44,545 bases of DNA from Escherichia phage 6948. Numbering within the stretch: position 1 is the stretch's first letter; the number at the start of each line of letters is the position of its first letter. Shown piece after piece: positions 8,811 to 17,531 of the stretch. The stretch lies in sequence record OL362272.1; one strand, 5' to 3'. The translations under genes were made by a program, and so were the position numbers. Under the pieces are notes generated by a model. That model did no database searches and was not told where the DNA came from. It saw nothing but the letters and a program-made list of their open reading frames with translations.

Positions 8811-9032
8811 ATGTATGCCGTGGTTAATTACTTATTGAATGAGGGATTAACTATGACATTAAACAACCGTGAACTATCCGTTCTCTTCACTCTGTTGTGC
8901 TACATGATTCGTAACAACAAATTGCTTACAGATGACGAGTTGGCACTGTATCACCGCTTTCTTAACGAAGGTTGGACCGATACAGTTAATCAACACCGTA
9001 ACATGATAGATGAGTTGAGGGAGGGTAAATAA
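8811..9032 (+). CDS. early hypothetical protein
   Basis: ORF of 73 aa; an internal ATG at 8853 with GAGGGA upstream is an alternative start. Confidence 0.35.
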   Translation: MYAVVNYLLNEGLTMTLNNRELSVLFTLLCYMIRNNKLLTDDELALYHRFLNEGWTDTVNQHRNMIDELREGK

Positions 9033-9256
9033 TGTATCAACATGAGGTATTCTTTGAATCAGCTAGCGAAGCTATTCGCTTCTTTGAGGACATGCTGCGA
9101 AATGGTGTAGGTGTGCATGTACATAGCTTTCTACTAGATTATGACACTGAATATCACCGAGTTACCTTAGTATCTGAGTATGACAACCAAGTCATTACTG
9201 AGTATCTAGGCAGTGAAGATTACGATTACGATGAAGTAATCACGACAAATATCTAA
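9032..9256 (+). CDS. early hypothetical acidic protein
   Basis: 74 aa, RBS GAGGGAGGG; acidic, Tyr/Asp/Glu-rich C-terminus (SEDYDYDEV). Confidence 0.45.
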   Translation: MYQHEVFFESASEAIRFFEDMLRNGVGVHVHSFLLDYDTEYHRVTLVSEYDNQVITEYLGSEDYDYDEVITTNI

Positions 9257-9264
9257 ATTAACTG

Positions 9265-9293
9265 TTGACAGCCACGGCATACAAGGTTACATT
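9265..9293 (+). promoter_or_regulatory. candidate host sigma70 early promoter
   Basis: TTGACA (9265-9270), 17-nt spacer, TACATT (9288-9293). Confidence 0.3.
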
Positions 9294-9326
9294 AAGCATC
9301 AAGACGGCGACGTCTTTAAACATCCC

Positions 9327-9339
9327 GCTCTTTAACAAT
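9327..9339 (+). promoter_or_regulatory. conserved early-region 13-mer GCTCTTTAACAAT (copy 2)
   Basis: Exact repeat; preceded by palindrome AAGACGGCGACGTCTT (9301-9316). Confidence 0.3.
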
Positions 9340-9385
9340 ACGGTTTGTGTCTTGATAGGCTAACTAACTAACTAAGGTAATTATC

Positions 9386-9496
9386 ATGAAAGGTTTAATT
9401 TGTGTAGAACGTATGGTCAATGGTAAACTTGAAATATTACCACTGGAAAACCAATCTAGCTTCAAAGAGTGGTATGGCTGTTTCTCACTGATTTAA
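9386..9496 (+). CDS. small early hypothetical protein
   Basis: 36 aa; preceded by the multi-frame stop string TAACTAACTAACTAA and an A-rich RBS; flanked by inverted repeat CTTGATAGGC (9349) / GCCTATCAAG (9513). Confidence 0.25.
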   Translation: MKGLICVERMVNGKLEILPLENQSSFKEWYGCFSLI

Positions 9497-9538
9497 GGTA
9501 AAGGCTGGCACTAGTCAGCCTATCAAGGCGCAAACCAA

Positions 9539-9551
9539 GCTCTTTAACAAT
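9539..9551 (+). promoter_or_regulatory. conserved early-region 13-mer GCTCTTTAACAAT (copy 3), upstream of the Ocr-like gene
   Basis: Exact repeat about 95 nt upstream of the gene 0.3 start. Confidence 0.3.
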
Positions 9552-9647
9552 TTGGATGGTAGCTTCTTAGTCTGGATAGGTTAAACCTAGGGGATTCTCT
9601 TGAGTCTCCTATAATGTAACCTAACTAACTAAATGAGGATTAATAAC

Positions 9648-10001
9648 ATGGCTATGTCTAATATGACTTACTCTCAGGTTTACAACACCGCTCATGCTGC
9701 ATTAGTTGAACGTATCTGGAATGATGCTATTGATTGTATTGATAACGCACATGATGCAATCCATGATGCGGCGGATAGTGCTGTACCAATCTATTATGCT
9801 GACATCTTCTCCGTGATGGCGAGTGAAGGAATTGATCATTTCTTCGAAGACTCCGGCCTGATGCCAGACACTAAGGATGTAACCGTAGTATTGCAAGCCC
9901 GTATCTATGAGCAACTCACAATTGATCTATGGGAACGTGTTCAGTATATGATTGTTGAATACGTCAACTCCGCCGAATATTTAGAAGAAGAAGAGGAATA
10001 A
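9648..10001 (+). CDS. ocr: Ocr-like DNA mimic, anti-restriction protein (T7 gene 0.3 homologue)
   Basis: 117 aa starting MAMSNMTY..., contains [45 protein letters not shown] and a poly-Glu C-terminus, matching T7 Ocr as I recall it; RBS GAGGA. Confidence 0.85.
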   Translation: MAMSNMTYSQVYNTAHAALVERIWNDAIDCIDNAHDAIHDAADSAVPIYYADIFSVMASEGIDHFFEDSGLMPDTKDVTVVLQARIYEQLTIDLWERVQYMIVEYVNSAEYLEEEEE

Positions 10002-10003
10002 GA

Positions 10004-10117
10004 ATGGAAAAGCTATACAACTTCATCTTTTCAGACGGTGTAACCCTGAAGTGTTCCCTGCGTTTCGCACAAATTCGTGAGGAAGTACTAGGCACTACAT
10101 ACAAACTATTTAGCTGA
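10004..10117 (+). CDS. small early hypothetical protein
   Basis: 37 aa; ATG 3 nt after the Ocr stop. Confidence 0.25.
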   Translation: MEKLYNFIFSDGVTLKCSLRFAQIREEVLGTTYKLFS

Positions 10118-10130
10118 CACTATAAGAGAA
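10106..10130 (+). promoter_or_regulatory. variant phage-RNAP promoter-like site in the early region
   Basis: TATTTAGCTGACACTATAAGAGAAG; closest in this window to the SP6 form ATTTAGGTGACACTATAG but the initiating G is displaced. Confidence 0.4.
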
Positions 10131-10193
10131 GGCTTAACAAGGCGTTGCTACGGTAGCGCCTGATTAAACTTTCACTTACTAGGAGTTAAGACT

Positions 10194-10421
10194 ATGGATT
10201 TAGATAGCATCATTATGGCATTTGCTCTTATTGGCTTAAGCTGGTGCTCCTATCACCTTTACCGTGAGTTCTTATTTGATAAAGCTAAACGCAAACTAAG
10301 AAAGGAAGGCGGCAATTACCTTTGTGTAAGAGGTGGGCTTGTAGAATACATTGCACCTAACGGCACGGAATGCGCCATTAGCAAAGATGCATTTATAGAA
10401 ACGTGGCATTACATCAAGTAA
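10194..10421 (+). CDS. early hypothetical membrane protein
   Basis: 75 aa, RBS TAGGAG; N-terminal hydrophobic helix IIMAFALIGLSW. Confidence 0.45.
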   Translation: MDLDSIIMAFALIGLSWCSYHLYREFLFDKAKRKLRKEGGNYLCVRGGLVEYIAPNGTECAISKDAFIETWHYIK

Positions 10422-10484
10422 CTAGCCTATAGCCTACCTGAGTGGGCTATGTGATATTTACTTACACTATATAAGGTGACTATT

Positions 10485-11408
10485 ATGACTACTGAAAACA
10501 TCCTCCTGTCTGTCCGTGAAGCTGCAACCGCTGAGATTAAGCAGCATTTGGATAATATCGGCACTTCTTACATCAAAGTTGGCGCTTGTCTGAATGAATT
10601 ACGCGGTGATTTCGAAGGTCAAAAAGACTTTTTAGCTTATGTAGAATCAGAGTTCGGCATCAAGAAAGCACAATGCTACAAGCTGATGAGTGTAGCCCGT
10701 GTCTTTGAAGGAGACGAACGCTTTAAAGGTGTGGCTATGCGTGTAATGCTGGCGCTTGTTCCTTTCGCTGATGAAAATATGATCATGGAGAAGGCCGCAG
10801 AACTCGCCGCAGAGGGCAAGCTGGACACTAACGCCGTAAACGCCCTGATTGATCCTAAGAAAGAGACAAAGGCCGAGACGGTACAACCTAAGGTTGAGTC
10901 GGTAAAACCGCAGGAGAACGCGACTGAGGCCGCAGAAACTATGCAAGGACATGCAACCTTTGAGGATTTCATATTAGAGAAGGCGAAAGAGGAGCTACAA
11001 AGTGTGCCGCCAGCAAGTGAGTCGGATGACGACAAATCAGCACCGTGGGAAGAGGAAAGCAAGCCGGAAGCGCCAAAGGCCGCGCCACTGGACAACACGG
11101 CTAACACCGAGAGTGCCGCTATTGCTGGCCTTCTGGCACAAATTAAAGCACTGACTGAGCAATTACAGGCAGCCAATGACCGCATCGCCTCCTTAAGTAG
11201 CGCACGCGAAAGCAAGAAGGCAGCCGCGCCTATGCTGCCGCAATTCAAATCTTCCTGCTTCTATGCTCGCTTAGGTTTAAGCGCTGAGGAGGCAACGAAG
11301 AAAACAGCAGTTAACAAGGCACGCCGCGAACTGGTTAAGCTAGGCTACGGCGAAGGCCATGAAGCATGGCCCTTAATCTCTGAGGCAGTAGAAGAATTAA
11401 CTAAGTAA
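10485..11408 (+). CDS. early hypothetical protein (gp0.7 slot; no kinase motifs seen)
   Basis: 307 aa from ATG 10485 (RBS AAGGTGA); structured N-terminal part followed by acidic/Ala-rich coiled-coil-like region. Confidence 0.55.
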   Translation: MTTENILLSVREAATAEIKQHLDNIGTSYIKVGACLNELRGDFEGQKDFLAYVESEFGIKKAQCYKLMSVARVFEGDERFKGVAMRVMLALVPFADENMIMEKAAELAAEGKLDTNAVNALIDPKKETKAETVQPKVESVKPQENATEAAETMQGHATFEDFILEKAKEELQSVPPASESDDDKSAPWEEESKPEAPKAAPLDNTANTESAAIAGLLAQIKALTEQLQAANDRIASLSSARESKKAAAPMLPQFKSSCFYARLGLSAEEATKKTAVNKARRELVKLGYGEGHEAWPLISEAVEELTK

Positions 11409-11471
11409 CCTTATCGGTGGCATCTTCTTAGGTGTCACCTATTAAGGTTTCTTTCACTAGGAGTAAACAAG

Positions 11472-14099
11472 ATGCAAGACCTACACGCTATTCAACTTCA
11501 ACTTGAAGAAGAAATGTTTAACGGCGGTATCCGTCGCTTTGAAGCGGACCAACAACGCCAGATTGCATCCGGTAATGAATCAGACACGGCATGGAATCGC
11601 CGCTTATTGTCCGAGTTAATCGCGCCAATGGCTGAAGGTATTCAGGCATACAAGGAAGAGTATGAAGGTAAAAGAGGCCGTGCACCGCGTGCATTAGCTT
11701 TCATTAACTGCGTAGAAAACGAAGTGGCAGCATATATCACGATGAAAATCGTTATGGATATGCTGAACACGGATGTAACCTTGCAGGCTATAGCCATGAA
11801 TGTAGCTGACCGCATTGAGGACCAAGTACGTTTTAGCAAGCTGGAAGGTCACGCCGCCAAATACTTTGAGAAAGTTAAGAAGTCACTTAAGGCAAGTAAG
11901 ACTAAATCATATCGCCATGCGCACAACGTAGCGGTCGTGGCTGAGAAGTCAGTAGCTGACCGTGACGCTGATTTCTCTCGCTGGGAGGCATGGCCTAAAG
12001 ACACCTTGCTGCAAATTGGGATGACCTTGCTTGAAATCTTAGAGAATAGCGTATTCTTCAACGGGCAACCTGTCTTCCTCCGCACCTTGCGCACTAATGG
12101 TGGCAAGCATGGTGTTTACTACTTACAGACCAGTGAGCACGTAGGGGAGTGGATTACAGCATTTAAAGAACATGTAGCGCAACTTAGTCCAGCCTATGCT
12201 CCTTGCGTCATCCCTCCGCGTCCGTGGGTATCACCTTTTAACGGCGGTTTCCACACTGAGAAAGTAGCAAGCCGTATTCGTCTGGTAAAAGGAAACCGCG
12301 AACACGTCCGCAAGCTGACCAAAAAGCAAATGCCAGCGGTTTACAAGGCTGTTAACGCTTTGCAGGCGACTAAGTGGCAGGTTAATAAAGAGGTTTTACA
12401 GGTTGTGGAGGACGTTATACGTCTAGACCTCGGCTATGGTGTACCTTCCTTTAAACCACTCATCGACCGTGAGAACAAGCCAGCTAATCCGGTGCCGTTA
12501 GAGTTCCAGCACCTGCGAGGCCGTGAACTGAAAGAAATGCTTACGCCGGAACAATGGCAAGCCTTTATCAACTGGAAAGGTGAATGTACTAAGCTGTACA
12601 CCGCTGAAACTAAGCGCGGAAGCAAATCGGCGGCAACCGTTCGCATGGTTGGTCAGGCCCGTAAATATAGCCAGTTCGACGCAATCTACTTCGTGTATGC
12701 ACTGGACAGCCGCAGCCGTGTATACGCGCAATCTAGCACGCTCTCGCCGCAATCAAACGACTTAGGCAAGGCATTGCTCCGTTTTACCGAAGGGCAGCGT
12801 CTTGATAGCGCTGAGGCGCTTAAGTGGTTTTTGGTGAACGGGGCGAATAACTGGGGTTGGGATAAGAAAACTTTTGACGTGCGCACCTCTAACGTGCTGG
12901 ATGGCGAATTTCAAGACATGTGCCGCGACATTGCAGCCGATCCGCTGACCTTCACTCAATGGGTAAATGCTGATTCCCCTTACGGCTTCCTTGCATGGTG
13001 CTTTGAATATGCGCGTTATCTGGATGCACTGGATGAAGGCACGCAAGACCAATTCATGACGCATCTACCCGTCCATCAAGACGGTAGTTGCTCTGGTATC
13101 CAGCACTATAGCGCGATGTTACGCGATGAAGTAGGTGCGAAAGCAGTAAACCTTAAGCCTTCTGACTTCCCTCAAGATATTTATGGCGCGGTTGCGCAGG
13201 TTGTTATCCAGAAGAATTACGCCTACATGAATGCAGACGATGCAGAGATTTTCACATCTGGAAGCGTCACACTTACAGGTGCAGAACTGCGTAGCATGGC
13301 TAGTGCGTGGGATATGATAGGAATCACTCGCGGATTGACCAAAAAGCCCGTAATGACACTACCTTATGGCAGCACACGTCTAACCTGCCGTGAATCAGTG
13401 ATTGATTATATCGTTGATTTGGAAGAAAAAGAGGCCCAACGAGCTATTGCGGAAGGGCGTACCGCCAATCCTGTACATCCTTTTGATAATGACCGTAAGG
13501 ACAGCCTGACACCTAGTGCAGCTTATAACTATATGACGGCTTTAATCTGGCCTTCTATTTCGGAAGTGGTTAAAGCTCCTATAGTGGCAATGAAAATGAT
13601 TCGTCAGCTTGCCCGTTTCGCAGCTAAAAGGAATGAAGGCTTAGAGTATACCTTGCCTACTGGCTTCATCTTGCAACAAAAGATTATGGCTACCGACATG
13701 CTACGCGTATCCACTTGCTTGATGGGTGAAATCAAGATGAGTCTACAGATTGAGACTGATGTAGTGGATGAAACGGCTATGATGGGCGCTGCTGCTCCTA
13801 ACTTTGTTCACGGGCATGATGCTAGTCATCTCATCCTGACTGTATGTGACCTCGTTGACAAGGGCATTACATCCATCGCAGTCATCCATGATTCTTTCGG
13901 TACTCACGCAGGCCGTACAGCCGATCTACGTGATAGTCTAAGGGCAGAAATGGTGAAGATGTATCAAGGCCGTAATGCCCTGCAAAGCCTGTTAGATGAG
14001 CATGAAGAACGCTGGTTAGTAGACACCGGAATCCAAGTGCCAGAGCAAGGAGAGTTTGACCTTAACGAAATCTTAGTATCTGACTATTGCTTCGCATAA
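11472..14099 (+). CDS. single-subunit DNA-directed RNA polymerase (SP6-type)
   Basis: 875 aa; motifs [31 protein letters not shown] and C-terminal ...YCFA typical of T7/SP6 RNAP; N-terminus [16 protein letters not shown] resembles SP6 RNAP as recalled. Confidence 0.95.
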   Translation: MQDLHAIQLQLEEEMFNGGIRRFEADQQRQIASGNESDTAWNRRLLSELIAPMAEGIQAYKEEYEGKRGRAPRALAFINCVENEVAAYITMKIVMDMLNTDVTLQAIAMNVADRIEDQVRFSKLEGHAAKYFEKVKKSLKASKTKSYRHAHNVAVVAEKSVADRDADFSRWEAWPKDTLLQIGMTLLEILENSVFFNGQPVFLRTLRTNGGKHGVYYLQTSEHVGEWITAFKEHVAQLSPAYAPCVIPPRPWVSPFNGGFHTEKVASRIRLVKGNREHVRKLTKKQMPAVYKAVNALQATKWQVNKEVLQVVEDVIRLDLGYGVPSFKPLIDRENKPANPVPLEFQHLRGRELKEMLTPEQWQAFINWKGECTKLYTAETKRGSKSAATVRMVGQARKYSQFDAIYFVYALDSRSRVYAQSSTLSPQSNDLGKALLRFTEGQRLDSAEALKWFLVNGANNWGWDKKTFDVRTSNVLDGEFQDMCRDIAADPLTFTQWVNADSPYGFLAWCFEYARYLDALDEGTQDQFMTHLPVHQDGSCSGIQHYSAMLRDEVGAKAVNLKPSDFPQDIYGAVAQVVIQKNYAYMNADDAEIFTSGSVTLTGAELRSMASAWDMIGITRGLTKKPVMTLPYGSTRLTCRESVIDYIVDLEEKEAQRAIAEGRTANPVHPFDNDRKDSLTPSAAYNYMTALIWPSISEVVKAPIVAMKMIRQLARFAAKRNEGLEYTLPTGFILQQKIMATDMLRVSTCLMGEIKMSLQIETDVVDETAMMGAAAPNFVHGHDASHLILTVCDLVDKGITSIAVIHDSFGTHAGRTADLRDSLRAEMVKMYQGRNALQSLLDEHEERWLVDTGIQVPEQGEFDLNEILVSDYCFA

Positions 14100-14107
14100 T
14101 ATTAATA

Positions 14108-14138
14108 GGCCATTCCTTCGGGAGTGGCCTTTTCTTTT
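14108..14138 (+). terminator. intrinsic terminator after the RNAP gene (early terminator analogue)
   Basis: Stem GGCCATTCC / GGAGTGGCC with TTCG tetraloop followed by TTTTCTTTT. Confidence 0.6.
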
Positions 14139-14172
14139 ACCTACTACCGGTAACATTTCATTAACATAAAGT

Positions 14173-14188
14173 GTCTCACATGTGAGAC
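14173..14188. repeat. conserved palindrome GTCTCACATGTGAGAC (copy 1)
   Basis: Perfect 16-bp palindrome, 3 nt upstream of promoter 14191. Confidence 0.8.
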
Positions 14189-14190
14189 TT

Positions 14191-14213
14191 ATTTACCGGA
14201 CACTATAGGATAG
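14191..14213 (+). promoter_or_regulatory. phage-RNAP promoter downstream of the RNAP gene (first of a tandem pair)
   Basis: ATTTACCGGACACTATAGGATAG. Confidence 0.7.
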
Positions 14214-14353
14214 CCGTCGGAGACGGGAAAGAAAGGGAAGATAAAGGATATAAAGGAAGTAATAGGTATTAAAGGTTATATAGGTTATCTAGGAATACCT
14301 ATTACCTTCTTCCTTCCTCTTATTACCACTTAGAGGAAGGGCAGATCTAGGTT

Positions 14354-14369
14354 GTCTCACATGTGAGAC
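14354..14369. repeat. conserved palindrome GTCTCACATGTGAGAC (copy 2)
   Basis: Identical 16-mer, 5 nt upstream of promoter 14375. Confidence 0.8.
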
Positions 14370-14374
14370 TTCGT

Positions 14375-14397
14375 ATTTACCGGACAGTATAGATAAG
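14375..14397 (+). promoter_or_regulatory. variant phage-RNAP promoter (second of the tandem pair)
   Basis: ATTTACCGGACAGTATAGATAAG; C-to-G change at -5. Confidence 0.45.
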
Positions 14398-14422
14398 ACT
14401 AACTTACTTTGGAGATTTAACC

Positions 14423-14551
14423 ATGCGTAACTTTGAGAAGATGACCCGTAAAGCTAACCGTTTTGACATGGAAGAAGGGCAGACGAAAGGCAAGAAGCTG
14501 AATAAACCTGTCCGTGACCGTGCATCTAAACGCGCAGCATGGGAGTTCTGA
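14423..14551 (+). CDS. gp1.1-like small basic protein
   Basis: 42 aa MRNFEKMTRKANRF...LNKPVRDRASKRAAWEF; same length, start and position after RNAP as T7 gene 1.1. Confidence 0.6.
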   Translation: MRNFEKMTRKANRFDMEEGQTKGKKLNKPVRDRASKRAAWEF

Positions 14552-14554
14552 GTT

Positions 14555-14773
14555 ATGGCTAAATACAGAATCAAGACCTGTTTAAATAGTCACGGGCAAG
14601 AGTTCTACGTAGTGCAACGTAAAGTATTAGGCTTAATATGGGTCACTTGTATGATGCCTATTGGCTATACTGATACAGAGGCTATCTTCTGCACCGAAAG
14701 GGATGCAAAGAAGTTTATCTCTAAGCGTAGAAAAGCTGACTCTTACCAACCTAGAATTATTAAGGTGAACTAA
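14555..14773 (+). CDS. hypothetical protein
   Basis: 72 aa ORF, GGAG upstream; stop overlaps the primase/helicase start. Confidence 0.5.
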   Translation: MAKYRIKTCLNSHGQEFYVVQRKVLGLIWVTCMMPIGYTDTEAIFCTERDAKKFISKRRKADSYQPRIIKVN

Positions 14774-16761
14774 TGGCTATTATTAATAACATCCCGTGCC
14801 CTGCCTGCCAGAAGAATGGGCACGATAAATCAGGCAATCATCTCATGATATTTGATGATGGTGCTGGCTATTGTAACCGTGGTCACTTCCATGATAATGG
14901 GAAGCCCTATTACCATAAGCCAGAGGGTGGTATCGAGATAACCGAATTGCCTATTACTGGCAATATCAAATATACACCTTCTCAATTCAAAGAAATGGAG
15001 AAGGAAGGGAAGATAAGCGACCCTAAGCTACGCGCCATCGCTCTTGGTGGTATGCGTATGAAAGACCGTTGGGAGGTCATGAATGAGCAAGAAAGGGCAG
15101 ACCAAGAAGCAGAGTGGAAACTTGATGTTGAATGGTTCCTCACGCTTAAGCGTAAGAACCTTGTTTCCCGACACATTCGCGGCGACATTTGCGCATTGTA
15201 TGATGTACGTGTCGGACACGATGAAGAGGGTAGAGTCTCGCGGCATTACTATCCACGCTTCGAGAAAGGTGAGCTAGTAGGAGCTAAGTGTCGTACCTTA
15301 CCTAAAGATTTCAAGTTTGGACACTTAGGTAAACTCTTTGGTATGCAAGATCTTTTCGGTATGAATACTTTGTCTCACGTGTTAGACAAGGGGAGACGAA
15401 AGGATTGCTTGCTTATTGTAGGCGGTGAACTTGATGCACTAGCAGCGCAGCAGATGCTCCTTGATTCTGCCAAAGGTACTAAGTGGGAAGGTCAGCCATA
15501 CCATGTATGGTCTGTCAATAAAGGTGAGTCTTGCCTTGAAGAGATAGTGCAAAACCGTGAGCACATAGCCCAATTCAAGAAGATTATATGGGGCTTTGAT
15601 GGCGACGAGGTGGGGCAGAAGCAGAACCAACAAGCTGCTCGCCTGTTTCCTGGCAAATCCTACATCCTCGAATATCCATCTGGTTGCAAAGATGCTAACA
15701 AGGCATTGATGGCTGGCAAGGCTAAAGAGTTTGTAGATGCATGGTTTAATGCCAAGTCATCTGATGAAGTCTTTGGTAGCCAGATTAAATCTATCGCATC
15801 TCAAAGGGATAAGCTCAAGGCTGCACGTCCAGAGCAAGGACTATCATGGCCTTGGCCTAAGCTGAACAAGGTAACGCTAGGTATTCGTAAGAACCAACTT
15901 ATCATTGTAGGCGCAGGCTCTGGTGTAGGTAAGACTGAGTTCCTTCGTGAAGTAGTTAAGCACCTCATTGAAGAACACGGTGAATCTGTAGGCATCATTT
16001 CTACAGAAGACCCGATGGTCAAGGTGTCCCGTGCTTTTATCGGCAAGTGGATTGATAAGCGTATTGAGTTACCGCCAACCAACGACCCGAAAGAAGATGG
16101 ATACCGTGAGGTGTTCGACTACACCGAAGAAGAGGCTAACGCCGCCATTGATTATGTAGCTGATACAGGTAAGCTGTTTGTAGCTGACCTAGAGGGTGAC
16201 TATTCGATGGAAAAGGTAGAGCAAACTTGCCTAGAGTTTGAGGCTATGGGCATTTCTAATATCATCATTGATAACTTAACGGGGATTAAATTAGATGAGC
16301 GTGCTTTTGGTGGGAAGGTTGGTGCACTTGATGAATGCGTCAAGCGGATTGGTACTATCAAAGACCGACACCCGGTTACTATATTCCTTGTATCACACCT
16401 TACACGTCCTCCGGCAAACCGTACCCAACACGAAGAAGGTGGCGAGGTTATCCTTTCTGACTTCCGAGGTTCAGGCGCTATCGGATTCTGGGCATCTTAC
16501 GCCTTGGGGATTGAGCGTAATACAAGAGCTGAAACGCTTGACGAAAGGACTACCACGTACATCTCATGTGTCAAAGACCGCGACCAAGGTATCTGGACTG
16601 GAACCAAGGTCATGCTTAAGGGTGACATTCAAACCGGACGTTTAATGGAACCACAAGCCCGTACTAAGTCATTTGACACCGGCGAAGCAAGGCAACAAGA
16701 AGTACCGGATTTACCGGACACTATAGAAGAGACTAACTTCGATGAAGAAAGTGAGTTCTGA
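14773..16761 (+). CDS. bifunctional DNA primase/helicase (gp4-like)
   Basis: 662 aa; N-terminal zinc ribbon CPACQ...CNRGH, central TOPRIM-like region, Walker A GAGSGVGKT, Walker B IIIDNL; acidic C-terminus ending ...DEESEF. Confidence 0.9.
   Translation: MAIINNIPCPACQKNGHDKSGNHLMIFDDGAGYCNRGHFHDNGKPYYHKPEGGIEITELPITGNIKYTPSQFKEMEKEGKISDPKLRAIALGGMRMKDRWEVMNEQERADQEAEWKLDVEWFLTLKRKNLVSRHIRGDICALYDVRVGHDEEGRVSRHYYPRFEKGELVGAKCRTLPKDFKFGHLGKLFGMQDLFGMNTLSHVLDKGRRKDCLLIVGGELDALAAQQMLLDSAKGTKWEGQPYHVWSVNKGESCLEEIVQNREHIAQFKKIIWGFDGDEVGQKQNQQAARLFPGKSYILEYPSGCKDANKALMAGKAKEFVDAWFNAKSSDEVFGSQIKSIASQRDKLKAARPEQGLSWPWPKLNKVTLGIRKNQLIIVGAGSGVGKTEFLREVVKHLIEEHGESVGIISTEDPMVKVSRAFIGKWIDKRIELPPTNDPKEDGYREVFDYTEEEANAAIDYVADTGKLFVADLEGDYSMEKVEQTCLEFEAMGISNIIIDNLTGIKLDERAFGGKVGALDECVKRIGTIKDRHPVTIFLVSHLTRPPANRTQHEEGGEVILSDFRGSGAIGFWASYALGIERNTRAETLDERTTTYISCVKDRDQGIWTGTKVMLKGDIQTGRLMEPQARTKSFDTGEARQQEVPDLPDTIEETNFDEESEF
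16709..16731 (+). promoter_or_regulatory. phage-RNAP promoter inside the 3' end of the primase/helicase gene
   Basis: ATTTACCGGACACTATAGAAGAG. Confidence 0.7.
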
Positions 16762-16781
16762 TTAGTGTATTTATCAGGGCT

Positions 16782-16799
16782 TGTCTCACACGTGAGACA
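16782..16799. repeat. conserved palindrome family, TGTCTCACACGTGAGACA (copy 3)
   Basis: 7-bp arms TGTCTCA/TGAGACA with CACG centre; flanks extend the stem (GGGCTTG...CAGGCTC); after primase/helicase. Confidence 0.75.
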
Positions 16800-16837
16800 G
16801 GCTCTTATTAAGTACATTAAATAACTGGAGATTGATT

Positions 16838-17521
16838 ATGTATAAATTAGTATTGAATGTAGGTGATTATGTTCGTAACATCAATGTAACCTCACGTAGA
16901 TATCGTTGCCGTGGTACTGTGACTAATGTAAGTGAAAACAGCTACTATGTAGAATACAGTAATGGTATTAGACAGGCTTATCAAAAGGAATCAGCACATA
17001 ACTACCTTGAGAAGATTGGAGAGGTAAGCAATCAATGTAAGTGCGTACACGATGAGATTTGCGATAAGTGTGCCCGCCAGCTGCATAAAATGCTATTATA
17101 CCCTCTTCGCTATGGTGCTGGTGTTCAAACATTAGCAGAGGCATATGGCAAAAGTAAGACCACACTCAAGAAAGAGCGCCGCAATGTAATCACTGGTAAG
17201 ACTCAAAGTGAAATGATTAAACTATGTGGCACTGCATTAGGTGTTACGCAGTTTAATACTCGTTCATTGGGTAAATCCACAGGGCAAGCTATGGTAAAGA
17301 TTGGCGAAGCCATGATGCATCCAAATGTACCTGTACGAATCATGGATGTTGACCATGCAATCACAGAACACGGTACGCAACGACGTGTAATTAATAAGCA
17401 TTTTGCCGACACTATAGAAGGTATTATTCGTAAGCAAGAGTTGAAGGGTCTTCACATCTTAAATGGTGAAGAATTACTGTACCTACCTATCGTTACTGAA
17501 GAAACCTACGTGAATATCTAA
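16838..17521 (+). CDS. hypothetical protein
   Basis: 227 aa from ATG 16838 (GGAG 9 nt upstream); Cys cluster CKCVHDEICDKC. Confidence 0.5.
   Translation: MYKLVLNVGDYVRNINVTSRRYRCRGTVTNVSENSYYVEYSNGIRQAYQKESAHNYLEKIGEVSNQCKCVHDEICDKCARQLHKMLLYPLRYGAGVQTLAEAYGKSKTTLKKERRNVITGKTQSEMIKLCGTALGVTQFNTRSLGKSTGQAMVKIGEAMMHPNVPVRIMDVDHAITEHGTQRRVINKHFADTIEGIIRKQELKGLHILNGEELLYLPIVTEETYVNI
17400..17422 (+). promoter_or_regulatory. variant phage-RNAP promoter
   Basis: ATTTTGCCGACACTATAGAAGGT; upstream half diverges. Confidence 0.4.
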
Positions 17522-17531
17522 GGAGTTAATC

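Larger units (their letters stand above)
7850..8815. repeat. genome-terminus region: dispersed array of about 19 CTTAGTG-type heptamer repeats flanking a GC-rich block (8040-8350)
   Basis: CTTAGT(G) recurs e.g. at 7854, 7884, 8203, 8226, 8240, 8394, 8407, 8419, 8431, 8443, 8455, 8465, 8478, 8627, 8660, 8675, 8746, 8808; region is non-coding and separates late genes from early genes, analogous to the short-repeat arrays next to the T7 terminal repeat. Confidence 0.55.

Noticed and set aside
7850-8815. Possible CRISPR array suggested by the many short repeats
   Set aside because: Repeats are 6-7 nt, irregularly spaced and imperfect, with no 25-40 nt repeat/spacer periodicity; they fit T7-like terminal short-repeat arrays.
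9582-9615. Possible sigma70 promoter using TATAAT at 9610-9615 upstream of the Ocr-like gene
   Set aside because: Good -10 hexamer, but no acceptable -35 element at 16-18 nt spacing (CCTAGG at the right distance; TTAAAC is 22 nt away).
10676-11248. 190-aa minus-strand ORF
   Set aside because: Antisense to the Ala/Glu-rich region of the 10485-11408 early gene; Ala/Ser-rich low-complexity translation typical of antisense GC-rich codons.
13100-13112. CACTATAG core inside the RNAP gene (and GACACTATGAAAG at about 41107)
   Set aside because: Only the 8-nt core or a transposed core matches; the upstream -17 to -8 specificity region is absent, so these are probably chance occurrences, not promoters.
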